Shown here piece by piece: positions 36,769 through 44,159 of a DNA stretch of 64,000 nucleotides (position 1 is the stretch's first letter; the number at the start of each line of letters is the position of its first letter). The notes beneath the pieces are model-generated. The model searched no databases. It saw only the letters and a list, made by a program, of their open reading frames with translations, and was not told the DNA's origin. The DNA is from Candidatus Elarobacter sp. GTDB taxonomy: Bacteria; Vulcanimicrobiota; Vulcanimicrobiia; Vulcanimicrobiales; Vulcanimicrobiaceae. The DNA is taken from positions 1,791 through 65,790 of the forward strand of contig DASZGA010000005.1 of the NCBI GenBank assembly GCA_035939295.1, read 5' to 3'. A program made the translations under genes and the position numbers.

Positions 36769-38583
36769 TCACACCGCTTCGGCGCGCCAGAACTGTTCCC
36801 CGGGTTCTCGGGCGTCCGCGATCTGATGCTCGAGCGCCAGGCGCGCGAACGCGTCCTGCCGGGATCGTTCGCACAGCAGCGCAACGGCCTCTTCCAGCTG
36901 TGAGTCGCCGGTCGCCCCGACTGCCGATGCGATCCGGGCGAGCCGTGCCGCCGCGGCCGTGCCCTGGCGCTCCGCGCGCTCGACGCGCTCGAAAAGCACG
37001 TTGCCGGCAGCGCTCAACGACTCCAGCTGCTCGCGCAGATCTGCTTCCGCGCGCTCCGCATCCGCGCGGAGGCGCGCGTGCTCGGCCGCTGCGACCGTGC
37101 GTTCTCGAGCTGCCTCTTCCGCGGCGGCTCGGGCCTGCTCCGCGATGGTTTGCTCGTATGCCGCGATGGTTTGCTCGTATGCCGCGATGGCTTGATCGCG
37201 TTCCGCGATCGTTTGCGAGTGCCGCGTCAGCGCCTCGTTGCTCTCGCGCAGCCGTTCCTCGAGCTTCTCGATGTTGGCGCGGTGGAGGTCGAGCTCCGCG
37301 CCGTGAGCGCGCTCCAGCTGAGCGAGCTCGGCGTACACCTCCTCGAGGTTCACTTCCAGCCCGTCGATGCGCGCGTGCATGTCGCGCAGCGCGAGGTCGG
37401 CTTCCGCCGCTCGAGCTGCATCGTGCCCCGCTTGTTCCAAGGCATCGGCGCGTTCGAGCTCCGCCGCCGAGGCGGCTTCGCGCAACCGGGTCGCTTCGTG
37501 CTCGAGCTCGATGACGGTCGCGTGGAGCGACTGCGCTTGCGCCAGCGCCGCAGCTCGCGTCGTCTCCGCGATGTGCGCCAGGTCTTGCTGCGACTTGAGC
37601 GCTTGTTTGGCTTCGTCGAGCTGCATTTGCAGCGCGGCGACCTCGTCGTGAAGCTTCTCGGCGGCGGCGGCTTTCTCGTCGCGCTCGGCGCCGGCGCGCG
37701 CCGCGCGCTCGCTCGCCTCTTCCATGCTCTGCAACGCGGCGGCGAGCCGTTCGGCGCGCTCGGCCAGCTCGCGCTCGAGGTTTTCGATCCCGACCGCTTG
37801 CTCTTGCGCGTGCGCCTCGACGTCGTGCAGCCGGCCGCGAAGCGCCGACATGTCCCAGGTTCCGGGGACCGGGAGCGCGCGCACGACGAACTGCAGCGTT
37901 TCGGCTTCGGGGTGCGAGCGCACGCGCTGTTCGATCTCCGGCGGTGCGCGCAGGACGCGCACGTCGGGAACGAGATCGCTCACGGCGCCGAACGGCGAGA
38001 TGGTGCGTTCCACCGCTTCGACGCGAAAGCCGCTCTCGGCAAATAGCGACGCAATCGAGGCCAGCGTGAAAAACCGCAGGTGCGTGTCGTCGAGGATCCC
38101 CAGCGTGCGATACGGCATCGCGCCGTCGAGGACCGCCAGCCGCACCGCGGCGTGGCTGAAGTTCGGAATCGACGCGACGACCCGGCCGCCCGCGGCGAGG
38201 ACGCTGCGCGAGGATTCCAGCAGCCGCCACGGCTCGCGGACGTGCTCCAGCACGTCGGCGAAGACGACGGCGTCGAACTGCAGCTCCGGGAACAGCTCGT
38301 CGATGTCGACGTGCTCGAGATCGGCGACGCGCGTCTGGACGCAGTGCGGCTTGGCGGCCGCGAGCGCCTCCGAATTGATGTCGACGCCCCAGACCTGGGC
38401 GCCGCGCGCCGAGAGCCACGCCGCGAGCTCCCCCGATCCGCATCCGACGTCGAGCACGCGCGCGCCGGCGGGGACGAGCTCGCAGACCTTGGCGTGGCTC
38501 GAATTCGGATCCAAGCTCGTCCCGCGCGGGGGACCGGGGTAGAGTTTCGTAGCTCGCTTGCGCTTCCGCGGCGCGGATTCCAT
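36769..38583 (-). CDS. SAM-dependent methyltransferase with long C-terminal coiled coil (WbdD-like chain terminator/ruler candidate)
   Basis: ATG 38583; RVLDVGCGSG, FDAVVFADVLEHVREPW, SIPNFSH, GILDDTHLRFFT; then about 350 aa rich in A/E/Q/R/L with heptad periodicity. Confidence 0.8.
   Translation of the reverse strand: MESAPRKRKRATKLYPGPPRGTSLDPNSSHAKVCELVPAGARVLDVGCGSGELAAWLSARGAQVWGVDINSEALAAAKPHCVQTRVADLEHVDIDELFPELQFDAVVFADVLEHVREPWRLLESSRSVLAAGGRVVASIPNFSHAAVRLAVLDGAMPYRTLGILDDTHLRFFTLASIASLFAESGFRVEAVERTISPFGAVSDLVPDVRVLRAPPEIEQRVRSHPEAETLQFVVRALPVPGTWDMSALRGRLHDVEAHAQEQAVGIENLERELAERAERLAAALQSMEEASERAARAGAERDEKAAAAEKLHDEVAALQMQLDEAKQALKSQQDLAHIAETTRAAALAQAQSLHATVIELEHEATRLREAASAAELERADALEQAGHDAARAAEADLALRDMHARIDGLEVNLEEVYAELAQLERAHGAELDLHRANIEKLEERLRESNEALTRHSQTIAERDQAIAAYEQTIAAYEQTIAEQARAAAEEAARERTVAAAEHARLRADAERAEADLREQLESLSAAGNVLFERVERAERQGTAAAARLARIASAVGATGDSQLEEAVALLCERSRQDAFARLALEHQIADAREPGEQFWRAEAV
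37140..37223 (+). repeat. 21-bp (one heptad) tandem repeat: two exact copies plus two degenerate copies
   Basis: ccgcgatggtttgctcgtatg at 37140-37160 and 37161-37181, then ccgcgatggcttgatcgcgtt and ccgcgatcgtttgcgagtg..; encodes QTIAERD-QAIAAYE-QTIAAYE-QTIAEQA. Confidence 0.9.
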
Positions 38584-38715
38584 GCAGCCATCTTCTCGGC
38601 CGCACCGAGGCGCCCTCGGGAGGCGGGCAGTAACGGGATCGCCGTCACGTCGAAAGGTCGGCGCAATGCGCTTCCGGCTGCGTGGCCACTGCGGCCGCCC
38701 GCTCGCCCTGCCGCG

Positions 38716-39267
38716 ATGACGGGCCCGATGGCGTGGCGCCGCAGCGGGGCGCCGCCGCGCGAGCGAGCGCTGTTCGTCGACCGGGACGGCGTGCTCAATC
38801 GCTGGGTGCGCGGCGGCTACGTGCTGCGCCGCGAGGACGTCGTTTTCAACGAAGACTCGATCCGTGCGCTCGCCGCGCTCGACCGCCGGCACTTCGGACT
38901 GGTGGTGATATCGAATCAAAGCTGCGTGGGGCGCGGTCTGATCGACGCCGAAAGCCTCGGCTCCATCATGGACTACATCGTGCAGGGCGCGCTCGCGCGC
39001 GGGCTCGAGATCGACGCCTGGTATTGCTGCGTGCACGCTCCCGACGCGGGCTGCGACTGCCGCAAGCCGGCGCCGGGGATGCTGACGCGCGCGGCCGCGG
39101 ATCTGGGGCTGGATGCGGCGCGCTCGTACTTCATCGGAGACCAGGCCTCCGACATGGAAGCTGCCGAGCGAGCGGGCGTGCGCGGCTGCCTGGTGCGGCC
39201 GGACGACGGCGGCGACGTCCGCGCCCACATCGCTCGCATCGCGGAGGACATCGCTCATGTCGGTTAA
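38716..39267 (+). CDS. gmhB: D-glycero-D-manno-heptose 1,7-bisphosphate phosphatase (HAD)
   Basis: ALFVDRDGVLN, VVISNQS.VGRG, YCCVHAPDAGCDCRKPAPGML, SYFIGDQASD. Start ATG 38716 or 38728. Confidence 0.9.
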   Translation: MTGPMAWRRSGAPPRERALFVDRDGVLNRWVRGGYVLRREDVVFNEDSIRALAALDRRHFGLVVISNQSCVGRGLIDAESLGSIMDYIVQGALARGLEIDAWYCCVHAPDAGCDCRKPAPGMLTRAAADLGLDAARSYFIGDQASDMEAAERAGVRGCLVRPDDGGDVRAHIARIAEDIAHVG

Positions 39268-40381
39268 GGCGAGCGCGGCTCCGCGGAGCGCCGGCACGGT
39301 CGCAGCGAACCGGCTCGTCCGGGCGAAGGCGCCGCTCCGGATCAGCTTTTGCGGCGGTGGAACCGATGTTCCGCCGTATCCCGAGCGGTTCGGCGGCTGC
39401 GTGCTCTCGTGCACGATCGACAAGTACTCGTACGTCACGCTGCGGCGGCGCGAGGACGACGACGTCGCGATCCGCTCGCTCGATTTCGGTTTGAGCGTTC
39501 GCTACGACCGCCGCGAGCAGCCGAACCGCCGCGACGAGAAGCTCTCGCTGGTGCACGCGATCATCGACCGGTTCGATGCTCGCGGCGTCGACGTCTACGT
39601 GCACAGCGACGCGCCGCCGGGGAGCGGTCTGGGCTCGTCGTCGTCGATGGTGGTGGCGCTGTGCGCCGCGTTCGCGCACTGGAGCGGCCGCGACATCCCG
39701 CGCTACGACCTCGCCGCGCTCGCCGTCGAGATCGAGCGCAACGACTTGGGGATCGTCGGCGGGCTGCAGGATCAATATGCCGCGGTGTTCGGCGGCTTCA
39801 ACTACATCGAGTTCCGCGGTGACGGGATCGTCGTGAACCCGCTGCGGCTCTCCGAGCCCACGATGAACGAGCTGCACTACCATCTGCTGCTCTGCTTCAC
39901 CGGGGCGACGCGGCTTTCGTCGCACATCGTCGCCGACCAAACGCGCGGCGTCGAAGAGAGCGAGACGGCGGTCATCGACTCCCTCAGCCACCTCAAGGTG
40001 CTGACGGACCGGTTGAAGGCCACCATGCTGACCGACCGGATCGACCTGTTCGGCGCCCAGCTGCACGAAGCGTGGACGCACAAGCGCAGGCTCTCGGCCT
40101 CGATCACGAACTCGCGCATCGACGAGCTCTACGAGGCCGCGATCCAGGCCGGCGCGTGGGGCGGAAAGCTCCTGGGCGCCGGCGGCGGCGGCTACCTGCT
40201 CGTCTGCACGCCGTTCACGCGCCGCACCGCGGTCGCGCGCGCGCTGCAAGACCGCGGCGGCCAGATCGTCGATTTCCAATTCGACCTGAACGGCGTGCGG
40301 TCGTGGAGCGCGCGCGAAGAGACCTGGCTCGACGGCGACGACGAGCGAGGCCCAGCGGCGCCGCTCAGCGAGCGGTCTTGA
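39257..40381 (+). CDS. hddA: D-glycero-alpha-D-manno-heptose 7-phosphate kinase (GHMP family)
   Basis: GGAGG SD, ATG 39257; KAPLRISFCGGGTDVP, SDAPPGSGLGSSS, GGLQDQYAAVFGGFN, GGKLLGAGGGGYL. Confidence 0.9.
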   Translation: MSVKASAAPRSAGTVAANRLVRAKAPLRISFCGGGTDVPPYPERFGGCVLSCTIDKYSYVTLRRREDDDVAIRSLDFGLSVRYDRREQPNRRDEKLSLVHAIIDRFDARGVDVYVHSDAPPGSGLGSSSSMVVALCAAFAHWSGRDIPRYDLAALAVEIERNDLGIVGGLQDQYAAVFGGFNYIEFRGDGIVVNPLRLSEPTMNELHYHLLLCFTGATRLSSHIVADQTRGVEESETAVIDSLSHLKVLTDRLKATMLTDRIDLFGAQLHEAWTHKRRLSASITNSRIDELYEAAIQAGAWGGKLLGAGGGGYLLVCTPFTRRTAVARALQDRGGQIVDFQFDLNGVRSWSAREETWLDGDDERGPAAPLSERS

Positions 40382-41045
40382 ACACCAGGCACTGTCCGGT
40401 CGAGAGGACGAGCGGCCGCTCCGGCTTGTCGGCGTAGAACGTATCGACGGCCCGGCGCGCGCCCGGGCAGCTCGGGAACCCGTAGTCGTCGTAGACGAGC
40501 ACGCCGCCGACCGGCGTGCGAGGATAGAAGTGCTTGCTGGCGTCGAGGACCGCATCGTGGATGTCGAGGTCGACGTGGGTGAAGCAGAACTGGTGGCCGG
40601 CTTCCATCCCGGCGAACGTGTGCGGGATGAACCCTTGCCGAAACACGATGTTGCCGAACTCGCGCAAGTAGTCTCGAACGCTCGCCAGCGACGTATCCGC
40701 GAAGTCGCCCTTCGAGTGCAAGTCGTAGGTCTTGTTCGTTTCCGGCATCCCTTCGAAGCTGTCGTAGAGATAGAGCTTCTTCGAGCTTCCGTACTGCTGC
40801 ATCAAGCCCGCGAACAGGTGCGCGGTTCCGCCTTTGTAGACGCCGCACTCCGCGACGTCACCGCGCACGGTGCGCAGCATCTGGAGCAGGAGATTGTAGA
40901 GCACGTACTGCCGGTCGAGGCTGACCAACGAGCGGGTCGGGTCGATCAGCAGCCGGGCTTGCCAATCGGCGCCTTCCCAGGGTTGAAATCGCGGATGGTA
41001 CAGCGCCTTGTCCGGAATGTCCCAGGGGATCTCTTCTTCGGTCAT
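40365..41045 (-). CDS. TylF/MycF-family sugar O-methyltransferase
   Basis: GDVAECGVYKGG, LYDSFEGMP, FRQGFIP.TF, HVDLD, GGVLVYDDYG..CPGARRAVD. Confidence 0.9.
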   Translation of the reverse strand: MTEEEIPWDIPDKALYHPRFQPWEGADWQARLLIDPTRSLVSLDRQYVLYNLLLQMLRTVRGDVAECGVYKGGTAHLFAGLMQQYGSSKKLYLYDSFEGMPETNKTYDLHSKGDFADTSLASVRDYLREFGNIVFRQGFIPHTFAGMEAGHQFCFTHVDLDIHDAVLDASKHFYPRTPVGGVLVYDDYGFPSCPGARRAVDTFYADKPERPLVLSTGQCLVFKTAR

Positions 41046-41686
41046 GACTGCACCTCACCGAAGATGATTCGCTGCTCGACCAGATCGCAGATGATGTGAC
41101 CCATCGTAATGTGCACCTCTTGCACGATGGCGCTGTAACCCGACGGCCCGACGAGCGAGAGATCGGCGATCTTGGCGACCGTGCCGCCGCCGTTTCCGGT
41201 GAAAGCGATCGTCGTCGCGCCCAGCGCCTTCGCGGTCGTGAGCGCGTTGACGACGTTGGGCGACGTTCCGCTGGTGGTGATCCCGACCACGGCGTCACCC
41301 GGCCGCGCCATCGCCTCCACCATGCGCGCGAAGACGTGCTCGTACCCGAAGTCGTTGCCGATCGCCGTCACGGCGGACGTGTTCGTGCTCAGCGCTTCGG
41401 ACGGCAGCGCCTTGCGCTCGCGCAAGAACCGGCCGCTGAACTCGGCGGCCAGGTGCTGCGCGTCGGCGGCGCTGCCGCCGTTTCCGCACCACAGCACCTT
41501 GCCGCCGTTGCGAAACGTGCGCACCAAGACCTCGACGATCGCCTGCACTTGGCCGGCGAGATGCGGCTCGTGCAGCCGGCCGTCCCGGTCGGCGAGCAGC
41601 TCCGCGAACGACCGGCGGCCTTGCACGACGGCGCGGTCACGAAGATCGGGACGCGCGGCGACGTCGCCGTTGCGGTTCGTCGTCAT
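41042..41686 (-). CDS. gmhA: Phosphoheptose (sedoheptulose-7-phosphate) isomerase
   Basis: ATG 41686 coupled; GGKVLWCGNGGSAADAQHLAAEF, TAIGNDFGYE.VFAR, ITTSGTSPNV, VQEVHI..GHIIC. Confidence 0.93.
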   Translation of the reverse strand: MTTNRNGDVAARPDLRDRAVVQGRRSFAELLADRDGRLHEPHLAGQVQAIVEVLVRTFRNGGKVLWCGNGGSAADAQHLAAEFSGRFLRERKALPSEALSTNTSAVTAIGNDFGYEHVFARMVEAMARPGDAVVGITTSGTSPNVVNALTTAKALGATTIAFTGNGGGTVAKIADLSLVGPSGYSAIVQEVHITMGHIICDLVEQRIIFGEVQS

Positions 41687-42201
41687 CGCGGCCGCACGGT
41701 CTGCAGCGCGACGGAGAGCGTGCGCACGTCCCCGTTGAGGTGCAGGTCCTTCGGCGAGAAGGCGCGCGACATGTGCATGACGACCGGCGCGTACGGCTGC
41801 TGGACCTTGGCGCCGTTCACCGGAACGTCGACGGTGTGCACGCCGGGACCGAGCGCGCCCTTCACGGCCGGATGCCCGCCCCCGACGGAGATGCTGACCG
41901 TTTCGCCCGTCTTCTCGAAGCCGACGTTCGGCGGGACGAAAAAGGTGAACGAAACGCGCTTCGCGTTCGGCGGGACCTCGGTCAGAAAGCGCGCCTCGCC
42001 GGCGAGCCAGCAGCACGCCTCACCGTTGCCTTGGTAGATCCCCGAGAAGCTCCCCGCTCTCGCGACGACGCCGGGCGGCACCACCGCCGCAGCCTGGGTG
42101 GCCTCGGCAGCTGCCCGATCGTTCTCGGGCCGCGAGCACCCGGCGGCGGCGAGCACCAGCACGGCGAGCACCGCAAGCGGTAATCGTGGACGGAGTTCCA
42201 C
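41683..42201 (-). CDS. Lipoprotein, paralog of the C-terminal domain of the upstream acyltransferase
   Basis: Lipobox VLAAAGC; GEACCWLAGEARF..GPGVHTV..NGDVRTLSV.LQ.V matches REECCWLSPSARF..APGAHVL..NGDRRKVTV.LQ.V. Confidence 0.75.
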   Translation of the reverse strand: MELRPRLPLAVLAVLVLAAAGCSRPENDRAAAEATQAAAVVPPGVVARAGSFSGIYQGNGEACCWLAGEARFLTEVPPNAKRVSFTFFVPPNVGFEKTGETVSISVGGGHPAVKGALGPGVHTVDVPVNGAKVQQPYAPVVMHMSRAFSPKDLHLNGDVRTLSVALQTVRPR

Positions 42202-42272
42202 CTAGTCGTTCCTCTCTGGATGAATCATGACGGCTGCGAACGGCCCTCTTCCGCGTTGCGGTGCGGGAGGAC

Positions 42273-44045
42273 CTATTGGAACGAGACGGCTTGCAGCAAG
42301 ACCGTTACCTTGCGACGGTCGCCGTTGATCCCGAGGTCGGCCCCGCTCCAGGGCGGTCCCGAGTCGAGCTCGACCTGAACCGCGCCCGCAGCGCTGCCGC
42401 GCAGCGGAAGCGCGAGCACGTGCGCGCCGGGCGCGAGACCGTTTTGCTGTGCCACGAGGCGGCCGTTCAGGCGCGCTCGGAGGCTCTCCGGGTGAGAGCG
42501 AAGATACGGCAGGTCGGGGACGTACAGGTGCAAGACCAGCTGCGCGGCGGTGCGCGGCGCGTCGGCTCGAAACCGCGCCGAGGGCGAAAGCCAGCAGCAC
42601 TCCTCGCGCGATCTGCCGGTGAAGATCCCGTTCGTTTGCACGGACAGGTCGCCCTCACGGTTGACGCCGGTGGGGACGAAGCGACCGCTTCCCGCGATCT
42701 CGTTCGCGGGTTTCGCCGGCGCATCGTGCAGCGCGGCCGAGCGATACGAGACCGCCGCCGCGGCCGCGCACATCGCCGCGACGACGATGCCGAGCGCGAG
42801 CGCCGTGCGCCGCGAGAACGATCCGTGCAACGCCGGGCGCCAATCCGGCGCGCGCGCGGCCGTCCGTTCGGCGGCGCGGCGCAGCCGTTCGCGCGGACCG
42901 CGTGTCGCCGCGGCGAGCGGCCGGCCGGCATAGCGGTCGAACAGCAGCGCGGCGTGCGTCGGGACCGCGCTTTTCTTCCAGCGCAGCGCCTGCGATTCGA
43001 CGCCGAACCAGCTGGCCGCGGCGAGCGGCGCGGTGGCCAGCGTGCAGAACGCGATGTACGGCACGAAACCGAACCGGTTCAGCCCGAAGTACGTCAGCGA
43101 CTGCTGCACCGGGAACGCGTAGATGTACACTCCGTACGACAGATCGAAATGCCGGTCGATGCTGCGGATCGGCAACCGGCACATCAGCCAGACGATACAG
43201 TATCCCAGCAGCGCCGGCATCGCGAGCCGGAACCACGGGAACGGAAGGATCGCGAACAGCGCGACCGCCGCCAGCGCGAACGGCAGCGTGCGCACCGGAA
43301 TCCGGTCGCGGTAGAGATACGCTGCCGCGCCAAGGAAAAAGTAGACGAACATCTCTTCGAACTGGTAGCTGCGCTCGAAGATGCCGAGCAGCGTGGGATG
43401 TTTCACCACCAGCGCGGTACCGAGCGCCGGCGAAACCGAGATCGCCCACAGCGCCGCGAGAATCACGAGCACCAGGATGCGGCTGCGCGACAGGATCCCC
43501 GTGACGCCGAGCACCGCCAGAACGATGTAGCAGCGAAACTCGTTGCCCAGCGTCCAGAGCGAGCCGTTCAGCCCGAGCGCGTACGGGTTCTGCTTGGTCA
43601 CCCCCATGACGTCGAACTGGTACATGTCGAGCGTGTAGTTGTGGGTGAGAAAGCCGAGCGCGCTGTCGGAGGCCGCCAAGCTCCAGAACCCGCTCAGCGT
43701 ATGGTGCTCGAAGTAGTACAGCAGCGGCGCGAACGCGAACGCGGTCACCAGCAGGCAGCACCAGAAGCCCGGAAAGATGCGGAGCACGCGGTGCCAGATG
43801 AAGTGCGGCAACGACTGCAGGCCGTCGTAGCTCTTGGTGACGAGGAAGCCGCTCAGAAAGAAAAAGCCGCAAACTGCGACCGTTCCGAGCGACCACTCGC
43901 CCTTGCTCAGGCTGACGACCGGTTCGTCGGCGGGATTGAAACCGCCCAGCCCGTACCCGTGCGAAAAGATGACGAGCGCCGCAAAGAACAAGCGTAGGAA
44001 TCCGATACTGTTGCGACGATAGTCGATGTCGGCGAGCCGCATCAC
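42273..44045 (-). CDS. Acyltransferase-3 (OafA-like) with non-SGNH C-terminal extracytoplasmic domain
   Basis: NSIGFLRLFFAALVIFSH, AVCGFFFLSGFLV, RVLRIFPGF, LNGSLWTL..EFRCY, DLSYGVYIYAFPVQQ, SWFGVE..AL. Confidence 0.88.
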   Translation of the reverse strand: MMRLADIDYRRNSIGFLRLFFAALVIFSHGYGLGGFNPADEPVVSLSKGEWSLGTVAVCGFFFLSGFLVTKSYDGLQSLPHFIWHRVLRIFPGFWCCLLVTAFAFAPLLYYFEHHTLSGFWSLAASDSALGFLTHNYTLDMYQFDVMGVTKQNPYALGLNGSLWTLGNEFRCYIVLAVLGVTGILSRSRILVLVILAALWAISVSPALGTALVVKHPTLLGIFERSYQFEEMFVYFFLGAAAYLYRDRIPVRTLPFALAAVALFAILPFPWFRLAMPALLGYCIVWLMCRLPIRSIDRHFDLSYGVYIYAFPVQQSLTYFGLNRFGFVPYIAFCTLATAPLAAASWFGVESQALRWKKSAVPTHAALLFDRYAGRPLAAATRGPRERLRRAAERTAARAPDWRPALHGSFSRRTALALGIVVAAMCAAAAAVSYRSAALHDAPAKPANEIAGSGRFVPTGVNREGDLSVQTNGIFTGRSREECCWLSPSARFRADAPRTAAQLVLHLYVPDLPYLRSHPESLRARLNGRLVAQQNGLAPGAHVLALPLRGSAAGAVQVELDSGPPWSGADLGINGDRRKVTVLLQAVSFQ

Positions 44046-44159
44046 GAACCCGTTTTGCGGTTATCGCGCGTGGTTTCCCTTTCGAGCCGCTTGCACGGCG
44101 CGCTGCCGCGCGGGCAGGAGAGGATACGAACCCGAGCGCGGCGGAATCGCCCCAACTGA

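Noticed and set aside
6057-39438. Over-long ORF-track versions of real genes (6057-8408, 6647-9190, 14599-17406, 16143-20339, 27702-30587, 36769-39438 and others)
   Set aside because: The extensions run through neighbouring genes and are non-homologous; true starts are marked by stop/start overlaps, SD sites or signal peptides.
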